Shown: positions 26,774 to 34,403 of the stretch, one piece after another
Numbering within the stretch: the stretch's first letter is position 1
Layout: each line of letters opens with the position of its first letter
Source of the DNA: a virus
Taxonomy: Duplodnaviria > Caudoviricetes
Reading direction: 5' to 3' (one strand)
Length of the DNA stretch: 39,278 nucleotides
Virus record (IMG/VR): IMGVR_UViG_3300043118_000021
Location: 1 to 39,278 of that record
The notes under the pieces: model-generated
Databases searched by the model: none
The model's input: only the letters and a program-made list of their open reading frames with translations
What the model was told of the DNA's origin: nothing
Translations under genes and position numbers: made by a program

Positions 26774-26875
26774 CTAAATAAAGCTATTTAAATGCTTACC
26801 ATATAATTCTCCACTACATTTACTGCAATACTCTCTACCACTCCAATTAACTGTCATACAATCTCTACAGATCAT
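26774..26875 (-). CDS. 33-aa CxxC-x10-CxxC zinc-ribbon/rubredoxin-like peptide
   Basis: Not in track; MICRDCMTVNWSGREYCSKCSGELYGKHLNSFI*; GAGGTG RBS. Confidence 0.6.
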   Translation of the reverse strand: MICRDCMTVNWSGREYCSKCSGELYGKHLNSFI

Positions 26876-26904
26876 TCTTATCACCTCTTATATTAATTAT
26901 AATC

Positions 26905-27837
26905 TTATCTTACAGGACATGCCCCGCCCTCACAGGTTTCAGCATTCTCTAAATCAAATTCCATTTCCTCAGTCTCAAATTCTCCTAATAACTCAGGCTT
27001 AAACTCAGCCATACCTTTTACTCTTTCCTCATATTCTTCTTTATCTATAGCCTCATATGGAGCTAATGGATAATTTCCTCCTGAATGAGATAATAAAGTA
27101 ATACCTACTACTGTATCCCAATTATCCCATATCCATTGCTCAACATCTTCCCACTCATCATCTTTTACAGTAATCGTAACAGATGGATTATGCTCAGCAT
27201 AATGATCTCTAAACATCTTATAATTTTCTAACTGCTCAATAGCTGTGATATCATCTTTAGTTTTATTAGTAGGACTCTTAATAGGGAACTCAATAACTTT
27301 AGTATCACAACTATCCCATTCCTGACCTACCTCAGCCTTAACTTCCCAATCTAAGCTCTCAGCTACCTTAGTTAATGGATCATCTGCATTAATTCTAACC
27401 CTTCTAATATAATAAGGTGAATGAGAATAATGTAATCCACTACTTACAGTAGGTAACTGACTCCATGTTCCTTCTGGCTTAACAGTAGTAGCTAATAAAG
27501 GCTTAGGTATTCCTACCTCATCTGCATATTTATCTACAGCATCTCTAACTACCTTTCTTAATACTCTTAAGACCTTAGTCTCTTTTTTAACATTCCAACC
27601 AACTGCCTCAACCATATCTTTCCAGCCTGTCATACTTACTCCAACTAATCTATCTCTCCGCTGTTTTCTGCTCCACTCCCCTATCTCTAAATGCACCATA
27701 GTCATTCTTAATCCTGCTCTTGCTATTAATTCAAATGCTCTTTTTGCCTCCTGCATATTAAACTTACCATCTTCTACAAAACTCATCATATTATTAGTAA
27801 CTAAATTACAGGTTTGCTTATCATCTAAAATTATTTC
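26905..27837 (-). CDS. nrdJ: Class II (B12) ribonucleotide reductase, exon 2
   Basis: Begins EIILDDKQTCNL; TTVKPEGT, HNPSVT and C-terminal CEGGACPVR as in monomeric RTPR. Confidence 0.92.
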   Translation of the reverse strand, partial: EIILDDKQTCNLVTNNMMSFVEDGKFNMQEAKRAFELIARAGLRMTMVHLEIGEWSRKQRRDRLVGVSMTGWKDMVEAVGWNVKKETKVLRVLRKVVRDAVDKYADEVGIPKPLLATTVKPEGTWSQLPTVSSGLHYSHSPYYIRRVRINADDPLTKVAESLDWEVKAEVGQEWDSCDTKVIEFPIKSPTNKTKDDITAIEQLENYKMFRDHYAEHNPSVTITVKDDEWEDVEQWIWDNWDTVVGITLLSHSGGNYPLAPYEAIDKEEYEERVKGMAEFKPELLGEFETEEMEFDLENAETCEGGACPVR

Positions 27838-28334
27838 CAGTTTGTTATCATAGAGGCTTTTTATCCTCTATTTCTTATAGTTTCCCATAAGCTCGGCATA
27901 TATTTTAACTAACAAGATTTTTTAATATTCCTAATAACTCTTTCCTACCTTCAACTCCAAAGGCTCTGCTCACAGTCCTCTCATCCTTTATATCTAAATT
28001 ATCCTCTAATAGCTGATATAAACTCTGTAAGCCACTACTGATCCTATTATAAGGAGTATTTAAAACTACATCTTTATTTTCTAAAGCCCAATCCTCTGCA
28101 CTATCTCTTATTACTCTTCCCTCATATTATAGGACTATATTAGCCGATCATTTAAGAGTTATTTTTAATATTTTCTTGTTGATTGCGAAGACTCTTGGAG
28201 GTATTTTTGCTCTTATAACGCTCAACCTCTATGCTCTACAAAGGACTCTAATAAAGCCCCTCTCGGTATTAACTTAGCTTTCACCTTAGCCTCCACCGAA
28301 TTTCCTCGCTTTTTTACATGAGGCAAAATTCTTT
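27838..28334 (-). ncRNA. Group I self-splicing intron (497 nt) in nrdJ
   Basis: Removal joins NPCG|EIIL in frame; exon ends in U, intron ends in G; P1 GGUAAAG/UUUUGCC with U-G wobble; candidate P7 GCAUA/UAUGC; hairpins near the 3' end. Confidence 0.9.
27905..28126 (-). pseudogene. Start-less 73-codon frame inside the intron, likely homing-endonuclease remnant
   Basis: YEGRVIRDSAEDWALENK...LKNLVS*, preceded by an in-frame TAA. Confidence 0.45.
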
Positions 28335-29456
28335 ACCACATGGATTAACTCCCTGAGCATCTTCCCTGATCTCTTTCATAGCTCCCCAATTAAGGAAACC
28401 CGGCTCTCCCATAGTCTTAATACTATCTAAAATACTGTGCAATCTTTCTCTCTCAGGTCTCTCTTTAAATAGAATACTATTATTACTCATTCTTCTATGC
28501 AAAATAGCTTGATCTTCTACCCACTCTCCTTCTTCATTTTGAGTGTAGATATCATCTTTACTCCTTAAAATTTCTTCATCATCAGGATCAAATAAACAAA
28601 TTTCAGCAGTTCTCCTTACACCACCTACTACTACATTCTCTCCAATTATATTCGCAATATCCATAGCATGAATAGGTCTTAACTCTCCTTCCCCTCTCGC
28701 TAATATAATTGATATCTTCTTAAACATTTTCTTAATGCTCTCATGACCTGACGCTGTACCACCAAATGTCTTTAACCTTTCTCCTTTAGGTCTTACATTG
28801 TTAAAATTAAACCTGATCTTATTAACCCATCTATATAAATGAGATGTGATCATTTCAAAATAAAAATCTAAAGCCTTAACCCAGCCCTCTTTCGAATCTC
28901 CTACTACTATCTCAGCAACTCCATCAGGATCTATTTCAACGCTTGTAAATTCTTTCCTATTTTCTTTATCTACAGGATAATATCTAACCATATCAATCTC
29001 TACACCTGTTCTATATTCTCCTATTTTCTCTACATCTTCTGGAAGTACTCTAAATCCAACGCCTGTACCCACCATTAAATTATAAAACAATTCTCCAAAA
29101 TCCTGCCAATCATCTAAGACTAAAAAGGCACAATTGAAATTAGCCAGAGGGAATTTATCTGCAACCTCAGTATCTCCTACCCACAATGTTCTCCCCGCTA
29201 CTGTCTGTCTTAAATGAAATATGTTATCATATAGCTCCTGAGCCTCTTCTCTCAATTCTTCTAATGGAGTATTAATATCTAATCCTATATTATACTCTAC
29301 AGCTCTTCTCACTGTCTCCTGCCACTTTTCTCTTCTCATTTTTTCAGGTAACCATCTACTATATGTCCTATAATAAACAAACTCCCCTAAATTAGTCATA
29401 GGAGGTTTTTTATCATCATATTCTGATATAAATTCATCTGTTAATACTCTACCCAC
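28335..29456 (-). CDS. nrdJ: Class II ribonucleotide reductase, exon 1
   Basis: VYYRTYSR, NFNCAF, GTGVG, GDSKEGW, VVVGGVRRTA, GEPGF and GVNPCG motifs. Confidence 0.92.
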
Positions 29457-29468
29457 ATTTTCAACTCC

Positions 29469-29885
29469 TTATAAGTATTTTCTCAAAAATTTTTTTATTA
29501 TTTTCTCTTCCTCATCATCTAAAATATTCTCCTTCAAATCTCCAACATCTTCTAAAATATTATTAACCACTTCTAAAGAATTATATAACCCTATCATAAA
29601 TTCATCTTCAACAATAAAATAATCTTTACTATCTCCAAAGCTAATTGCTACAGCATAATTATTTCTTCTCATTGACTCCGCCTGATCTTTTGCTTTTTCT
29701 AACCACTCCTTCTTTACTTTTATACTCTTACTTTCTTTCATTTTAGTTTTAGCCTCAATAAAAATATAATCTCCAATATTATCACCTTTAAAAAATGGAG
29801 TAGCTCCACTACCTACTACTTCATTTATTCCTAACTTTTCTGCAATTCTCTCTTCCTGTATCTTAGCCTTCTCTTTTTTCTCCAT
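29469..29885 (-). CDS. PD-(D/E)XK nuclease, Holliday-junction-resolvase-like
   Basis: QE..IA, SGATPFFKGD, IEAKT and WLEK motifs. Confidence 0.75.
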   Translation of the reverse strand: MEKKEKAKIQEERIAEKLGINEVVGSGATPFFKGDNIGDYIFIEAKTKMKESKSIKVKKEWLEKAKDQAESMRRNNYAVAISFGDSKDYFIVEDEFMIGLYNSLEVVNNILEDVGDLKENILDDEEEKIIKKFLRKYL

Positions 29886-29901
29886 TTACTCACCTCAATA
29901 A

Positions 29902-29932
29902 TAAATAAAAGAAATGATCATAAATTTTTAAG
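29902..29932 (-). promoter_or_regulatory. Putative middle-class promoter M5 (nrdJ operon)
   Basis: CTTAAA-N14-TCTTTTATTTA. Confidence 0.65.
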
Positions 29933-29940
29933 TATAAAAT

Positions 29941-29966
29941 AAAAAAAAAAAGAGCCTCTCGGCTCT
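29941..29966 (-). terminator. Intrinsic terminator (identical hairpin at 37686-37701)
   Basis: AGAGCC-GAGA-GGCTCT plus T10; GNRA loop. Confidence 0.9.
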
Positions 29967-29988
29967 TCCTCTTATACTTCCCTGTATT

Positions 29989-30018
29989 TATATTGCCTGT
30001 ATTTTAACTATTTTTAAG
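29989..30018 (-). promoter_or_regulatory. Putative late-class promoter L4
   Basis: CTTAAA-N15-GGCAATATA. Confidence 0.6.
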
Positions 30019-30028
30019 CAATCTTTTA

Positions 30029-30409
30029 TTAATTTAATATATTTCTTGATCTTCTAAATGCCTCATACTTATTATTAAAATCATGCACTACTTCTTTTCC
30101 ACTTTTATATGCCTCTTGATAACTCATTATTTCCTCTTTATCATTGCTAACTAATACTAATTTTAAGTGAGGGTTTTTATCAAATAGACTATTAATGACC
30201 TGATCTCCCTTTTTAGTGATCTCCAACTTCTCATCACCTTCAACAAGACCTGTCCTTTTAAACTTTTCAACCATATTATCAATATACTTATCTTTAATAT
30301 GATTTAAATCTATTTTATCGCTTAACTCACTTCTCTTTATTTTATTATGAGCTTTTATATATAATAAAATATACCCTTTTTCCCACATAACTTTTCCCCT
30401 CACTTTCAA
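30029..30409 (-). CDS. Winged-helix DNA-binding protein, candidate regulator
   Basis: ILLYI...RSELS...GLVE...EITKKG pattern; own sigmaA promoter. Confidence 0.6.
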   Translation of the reverse strand: MKVRGKVMWEKGYILLYIKAHNKIKRSELSDKIDLNHIKDKYIDNMVEKFKRTGLVEGDEKLEITKKGDQVINSLFDKNPHLKLVLVSNDKEEIMSYQEAYKSGKEVVHDFNNKYEAFRRSRNILN

Positions 30410-30436
30410 TCCTTACCGATTGACTTGTATATTAAT

Positions 30437-30465
30437 ATTATACATATATTAATTTAAAATGTAAA
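30437..30465 (-). promoter_or_regulatory. sigmaA promoter
   Basis: TTTACA-N17-TATAAT. Confidence 0.75.
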
Positions 30466-30496
30466 GAAAATTTAAATAAAAAGAAAAAAGACAGGA

Positions 30497-31513
30497 TTAA
30501 TCTCCCATCTTTTTATCTACTTGATCTTTTATTTTATTAAATACATCCTCATTTTCCTTTAAATAATCTACTAAATTATGCTCACCTTGCAATGACTCAA
30601 TAACCTCTCCAGTCTCTAAATCTACAGGCTTATACCATGCTCCAGATTGAATTATAATATCATCTTTAACTGCCCTTTGAATATAATCATAAAATACATC
30701 TACTCCACAATCATACATTAAAGTATATGTTCCTAACTTTCTATCATTCCTCGTAACTTTATTCTTTTTATACTGTACCTGAACAATATTTCCGCTCGGC
30801 TCTTCAAAACTATTATTCTGCTCTTTATATTTACTATCTAACAATTTACCTCTTTTAAATTGCATTCTCTGAACATAGCTATGTTTTAACATATGTCCTC
30901 CTGGAGTATTATAAGCAGTCCATGCAACTCCGATCTTATCTCTTATCTGATTGATCATTATTCCAGTACAATTATGATAATTCAATAAAGGAACTATTTT
31001 AGTAGAAAATACTGTCATTAATCCGCTATTCCCAGCATAGGTTTTATCACTTAAAGCTCCCTCAAATTGCTGTTCACTCATTAAAAATGGAATACTATCT
31101 ACTACTACTAAACCAACTTCTCCAGTCCTAACTGCATCTAATACCATATCTAATAATATTTCACCTTTTTCTTCATCAGGTTGTATTAATATCACTCTTT
31201 CCCAATCTACTCCTAACTTTACGCCCCACTCTTTATCAATGGTATTCTCTGCATCTAAATATACTGCTAATTTATTTTCAAATTTATCCTGAAAATTACT
31301 GACTATATCTAATGCACTTGTAGTCTTACCACTCCCTTCTCCTCCAAAAAATTCAACTAACTTACCGACTGCAACTCCACCTCTCGTCAGCCAATTCATC
31401 TCAGGAGAAGAAAATGGTATCATATCTCTTTCTTTTAACTCTGTACCCTTCATTATTATATCTTTTTTATATTTCTTATTTAATGTCTTAACTACTTTAT
31501 CTATTTTATCCAA
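30497..31513 (-). CDS. recA: RecA/UvsX-like recombinase
   Basis: GGEGSGKT, YLDAEN, VVVDSI, INQIRDKIG, TPGG and QSGAWY motifs. Confidence 0.95.
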   Translation of the reverse strand: MDKIDKVVKTLNKKYKKDIIMKGTELKERDMIPFSSPEMNWLTRGGVAVGKLVEFFGGEGSGKTTSALDIVSNFQDKFENKLAVYLDAENTIDKEWGVKLGVDWERVILIQPDEEKGEILLDMVLDAVRTGEVGLVVVDSIPFLMSEQQFEGALSDKTYAGNSGLMTVFSTKIVPLLNYHNCTGIMINQIRDKIGVAWTAYNTPGGHMLKHSYVQRMQFKRGKLLDSKYKEQNNSFEEPSGNIVQVQYKKNKVTRNDRKLGTYTLMYDCGVDVFYDYIQRAVKDDIIIQSGAWYKPVDLETGEVIESLQGEHNLVDYLKENEDVFNKIKDQVDKKMGD

Positions 31514-31517
31514 CTTA

Positions 31518-31670
31518 TCACCCCTTAGTTAATACAACTATAAATATATTCCATAATAAAAATATCACCGATATTTCAAAATTATCTTCTATTTCCCAGC
31601 CTATAAATAAAAGCCAACCTCCTGCAAATAACATCCATAATACATTACCTATTAACGCTCCTTTATCCAT
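31518..31670 (-). CDS. Small membrane protein (50 aa)
   Basis: Not in track; MDKGALIGNVLWMLFAGGWLLFIGW... Confidence 0.5.
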   Translation of the reverse strand: MDKGALIGNVLWMLFAGGWLLFIGWEIEDNFEISVIFLLWNIFIVVLTKG

Positions 31671-32192
31671 TTAATTCCCTACCTCTTTTTTTAATACTTC
31701 CATTTCCAACATCTTTTTACTATATACTTTCTTTAAACTCATTAATACATTATCAGCCTGCTCTATTTTACTCTTAAGCTGTTTATAAGCTCTATTAAAC
31801 ACATCTTCCATAGTCTGCTCATCTACACTATAATTCTCGGCCTTAGCCCTCTTCTCCTGAACTGTACCTTTACCATTTAATATCACTTCATTATATAACT
31901 CTTTCCTTTTACTACTTGCAAGATCCTTTTCTCCTCCTAAATATGCTAAATCTCTTCCTGCAAAATATATCTGAGTAGTTATTTTTAATATATCAGCCTC
32001 TAACTCTGACTCTCCATACTCATCAACTTCTCTATTTCTGATCTTAGTTGCTATCTCATCTATTTCCCATATTAAATCATCTAATTCCTCTGTATAATGC
32101 TTAACTACTTTATCAATCATATACTTTACACTATTTTCACTTTCTTCTTTTATATCACTATATAATCTTTCTAAGATATCTCTTTTACTCAT
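31671..32192 (-). CDS. Helical protein, possible UvsY-like recombination mediator
   Basis: Coiled coil with GTVQEKRAKAE; close to recA; function inferred. Confidence 0.5.
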   Translation of the reverse strand: MSKRDILERLYSDIKEESENSVKYMIDKVVKHYTEELDDLIWEIDEIATKIRNREVDEYGESELEADILKITTQIYFAGRDLAYLGGEKDLASSKRKELYNEVILNGKGTVQEKRAKAENYSVDEQTMEDVFNRAYKQLKSKIEQADNVLMSLKKVYSKKMLEMEVLKKEVGN

Positions 32193-32320
32193 CTATTTCC
32201 TCCTCTACAGGAGTTATTTTTGCCAACGCTTTATACCATCCCTCTTTATGATATTCTCTTTTATCTTGTCCTACATACTTTCTGACTGCATTTCCATTAG
32301 TCCACACCATCATCACTTTT

Positions 32321-32704
32321 TCATCTCTCATATTTCATCAACTCTGGATTGATATATTTATTACCTAATTTTTTAAATAATTTAGCATTTCCCATAGTTA
32401 ATACTCCTATATAACTACCTGTATTACATTCTAACATTTCCCATCCATCATTAAATTCATTTGCAACTACTACTGCTCTCCAATGATCTTTATAACCTAC
32501 AATATCATTTTGATAAATATCTTCATTATTCTCAGAATTAAAGCCTGTAAAATTTAATAATTTATTATCTTCATTTAATTTCTTACTATAATTACCTCCA
32601 TGCTTACTGGATATAATTACTTTATTTGTACCTAAATGTAATGAATGAACTTTCATTATTTTATTTGATTTACCTAAATAGACTTTAAATTTAATCTCTT
32701 TCAT
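32321..32704 (-). CDS. YopX-family protein
   Basis: EIKFK, FTG, DIYQNDIV and GNKYINPEL motifs. Confidence 0.85.
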   Translation of the reverse strand: MKEIKFKVYLGKSNKIMKVHSLHLGTNKVIISSKHGGNYSKKLNEDNKLLNFTGFNSENNEDIYQNDIVGYKDHWRAVVVANEFNDGWEMLECNTGSYIGVLTMGNAKLFKKLGNKYINPELMKYER

Positions 32705-33179
32705 TCTCTACCAGCTCCTGCCAAAATTCTCCTACCATATAACTATACCTTGTTCTTTTCAGCTTTTGCTTGATCTTAATTCCATTCTCCCTGCACCACT
32801 TAATAGGAAAACTTTTTCTATCTGCCTCTATAATATAATCTACTACATCTAATACATCTAAATAATATGTCTCCTCTTCATCTCTAAAATTAAATATTAC
32901 TCCAGCCTTAACTCCTAACTTCTTACTCTCTACTTCCAATTTTTTTAACTGCTTATCATTAAGAGCATTAAAAGGAATACTTTTCCCTTTATAACTTTTT
33001 AATTCTAAAAATATCATATTCGGATAATTATATATGATATAATCTGCTATACTGATCGCCCCCTTATAAAAACTATCTCTAACTCTATGGCAAACCATAT
33101 AATCAGGAACACTTTTTGCTACATCTTCTTCGAACTTTTTTCCAGCACCTTTTTTAGACAATAATCTTCCTCCTTTCAT
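32691..33179 (-). CDS. recU: RecU-like Holliday junction resolvase
   Basis: GKKFE, ADY, LELKS, SIPF and Q.KKL motifs. Confidence 0.8.
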   Translation of the reverse strand: MKGGRLLSKKGAGKKFEEDVAKSVPDYMVCHRVRDSFYKGAISIADYIIYNYPNMIFLELKSYKGKSIPFNALNDKQLKKLEVESKKLGVKAGVIFNFRDEEETYYLDVLDVVDYIIEADRKSFPIKWCRENGIKIKQKLKRTRYSYMVGEFWQELVENERD

Positions 33180-33182
33180 TAA

Positions 33183-33213
33183 TATATAAAAGATCTACCT
33201 ATAATTTTTTAAG
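33183..33213 (-). promoter_or_regulatory. Putative middle-class promoter M6
   Basis: CTTAAA-N14-TCTTTTATATA. Confidence 0.7.
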
Positions 33214-33216
33214 TAT

Positions 33217-33245
33217 AAAAAGAAAGAGAGGAAATTAATCCTCCC
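33217..33245 (-). terminator. Intrinsic terminator
   Basis: GGGAGGA-TTAATT-TCCTCTC-TTTCTTTT. Confidence 0.65.
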
Positions 33246-34068
33246 ACTCATTATCATCTCCTACTTTTTCACATATTCCTTTATAATTACAATACTTACA
33301 ATTATCTTTACTTTTTTCCGCTGGAGGTATAATGCTTTCCTCTACATACCTCTGAACAATATCTGTCTTTTCTTTTAATAATTCTTGCTCTTCCTTACTT
33401 ACATTATAAATAAAAACTTTTCTCTGCAAGAAATTTCTATCCTCATAGATAAATATCACTCTATCTACATTTAAAGCATATGCATAGGAGGTAGCCTGAA
33501 TAATATGCTCCTTTTTAGGTCTTTTCAACTTATTAAAAGCAAACAATGATATTGTCTTTATCTCTATTAAATAATCTTTATCATTAAAATTAATTGCTCC
33601 ATCTGCAAAAAACCTGATCTTTAAATCCTCATTCATACATTTAGCCTCATATTTATTTTCATCCCAAAATAAAAACTCAGTCTTTCTACCTACACTTCTT
33701 GCATCTTTTACCAGCTCTTCTATATCTAATTTTCTTGCTCTGCCCCTTTTTCCCATCTCATCTAAAATAAACTGTATTCTTTCATGAGCTAAGCTCCCAT
33801 TATCTCTCATACCAATCCCATTAAAAAACCACTTATCATCCTTTTTATCTCTCCACTTTAACTTATCCCTCTCTGCTTTTTTCCTTCTAAAGAACAATTT
33901 TCTTTTACACCCATATATAGAAGAAGGGGATAAATAACCGCTCTGACTATAATTCTCCTGACTCTCCTTTTCTATTTCAAACATTGTTCTCTCATATTCT
34001 TTTAAAAATTTATTTTCTACACTTTCAAATTCACTCTTTTTATCTTCAACTGCATCTCTTAATCCCAC
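33235..34068 (-). CDS. Cas4-like PD-(D/E)XK exonuclease with Fe-S staple
   Basis: SPSS..GC.RK, G...HE, ADG, IEIKT, Q...Y and CKYCNYKGIC motifs. Confidence 0.88.
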   Translation of the reverse strand: MGLRDAVEDKKSEFESVENKFLKEYERTMFEIEKESQENYSQSGYLSPSSIYGCKRKLFFRRKKAERDKLKWRDKKDDKWFFNGIGMRDNGSLAHERIQFILDEMGKRGRARKLDIEELVKDARSVGRKTEFLFWDENKYEAKCMNEDLKIRFFADGAINFNDKDYLIEIKTISLFAFNKLKRPKKEHIIQATSYAYALNVDRVIFIYEDRNFLQRKVFIYNVSKEEQELLKEKTDIVQRYVEESIIPPAEKSKDNCKYCNYKGICEKVGDDNEWED

Positions 34069-34403
34069 TAAAGATCATCTCCCATAATTCTTTTTATTTC
34101 TCTCATCTTACCTCTTATATCTTGCACATCCATCCAAACATCATCAATATATTCTTTATCTATATTTTCAGGGTTATGCAATATTCTTATTATATCCTCT
34201 GTAAAACTATACATTCTTTTTAAATAATCTTTTATACTTTCTTCGTCATCTTGAATATAGATCACTTTTACAATCTCTTCCGCACCATCTTCCCAGCTAT
34301 CTACTGTAAATAATATATCTTTTATATTCTCTTCTCCGATTTTATTCAGCTCTTTTTCTAATTTATCATCTACACTATCCACAAATGTCTTTACTTTTAT
34401 CAT
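34068..34403 (-). CDS. Hypothetical protein
   Basis: 111-aa ORF. Confidence 0.6.
   Translation of the reverse strand: MIKVKTFVDSVDDKLEKELNKIGEENIKDILFTVDSWEDGAEEIVKVIYIQDDEESIKDYLKRMYSFTEDIIRILHNPENIDKEYIDDVWMDVQDIRGKMREIKRIMGDDL

Noticed and set aside
27838-28334. Intein, frameshift or naturally split nrdJa/nrdJb
   Set aside because: The insert has stops and is not a multiple of 3, breaks the catalytic motif, and has group I splice-site hallmarks
33235-34068. CRISPR-Cas system suggested by the Cas4-like gene
   Set aside because: No repeat-spacer array or other cas genes; solo Cas4-like nucleases are common in phage replication modules
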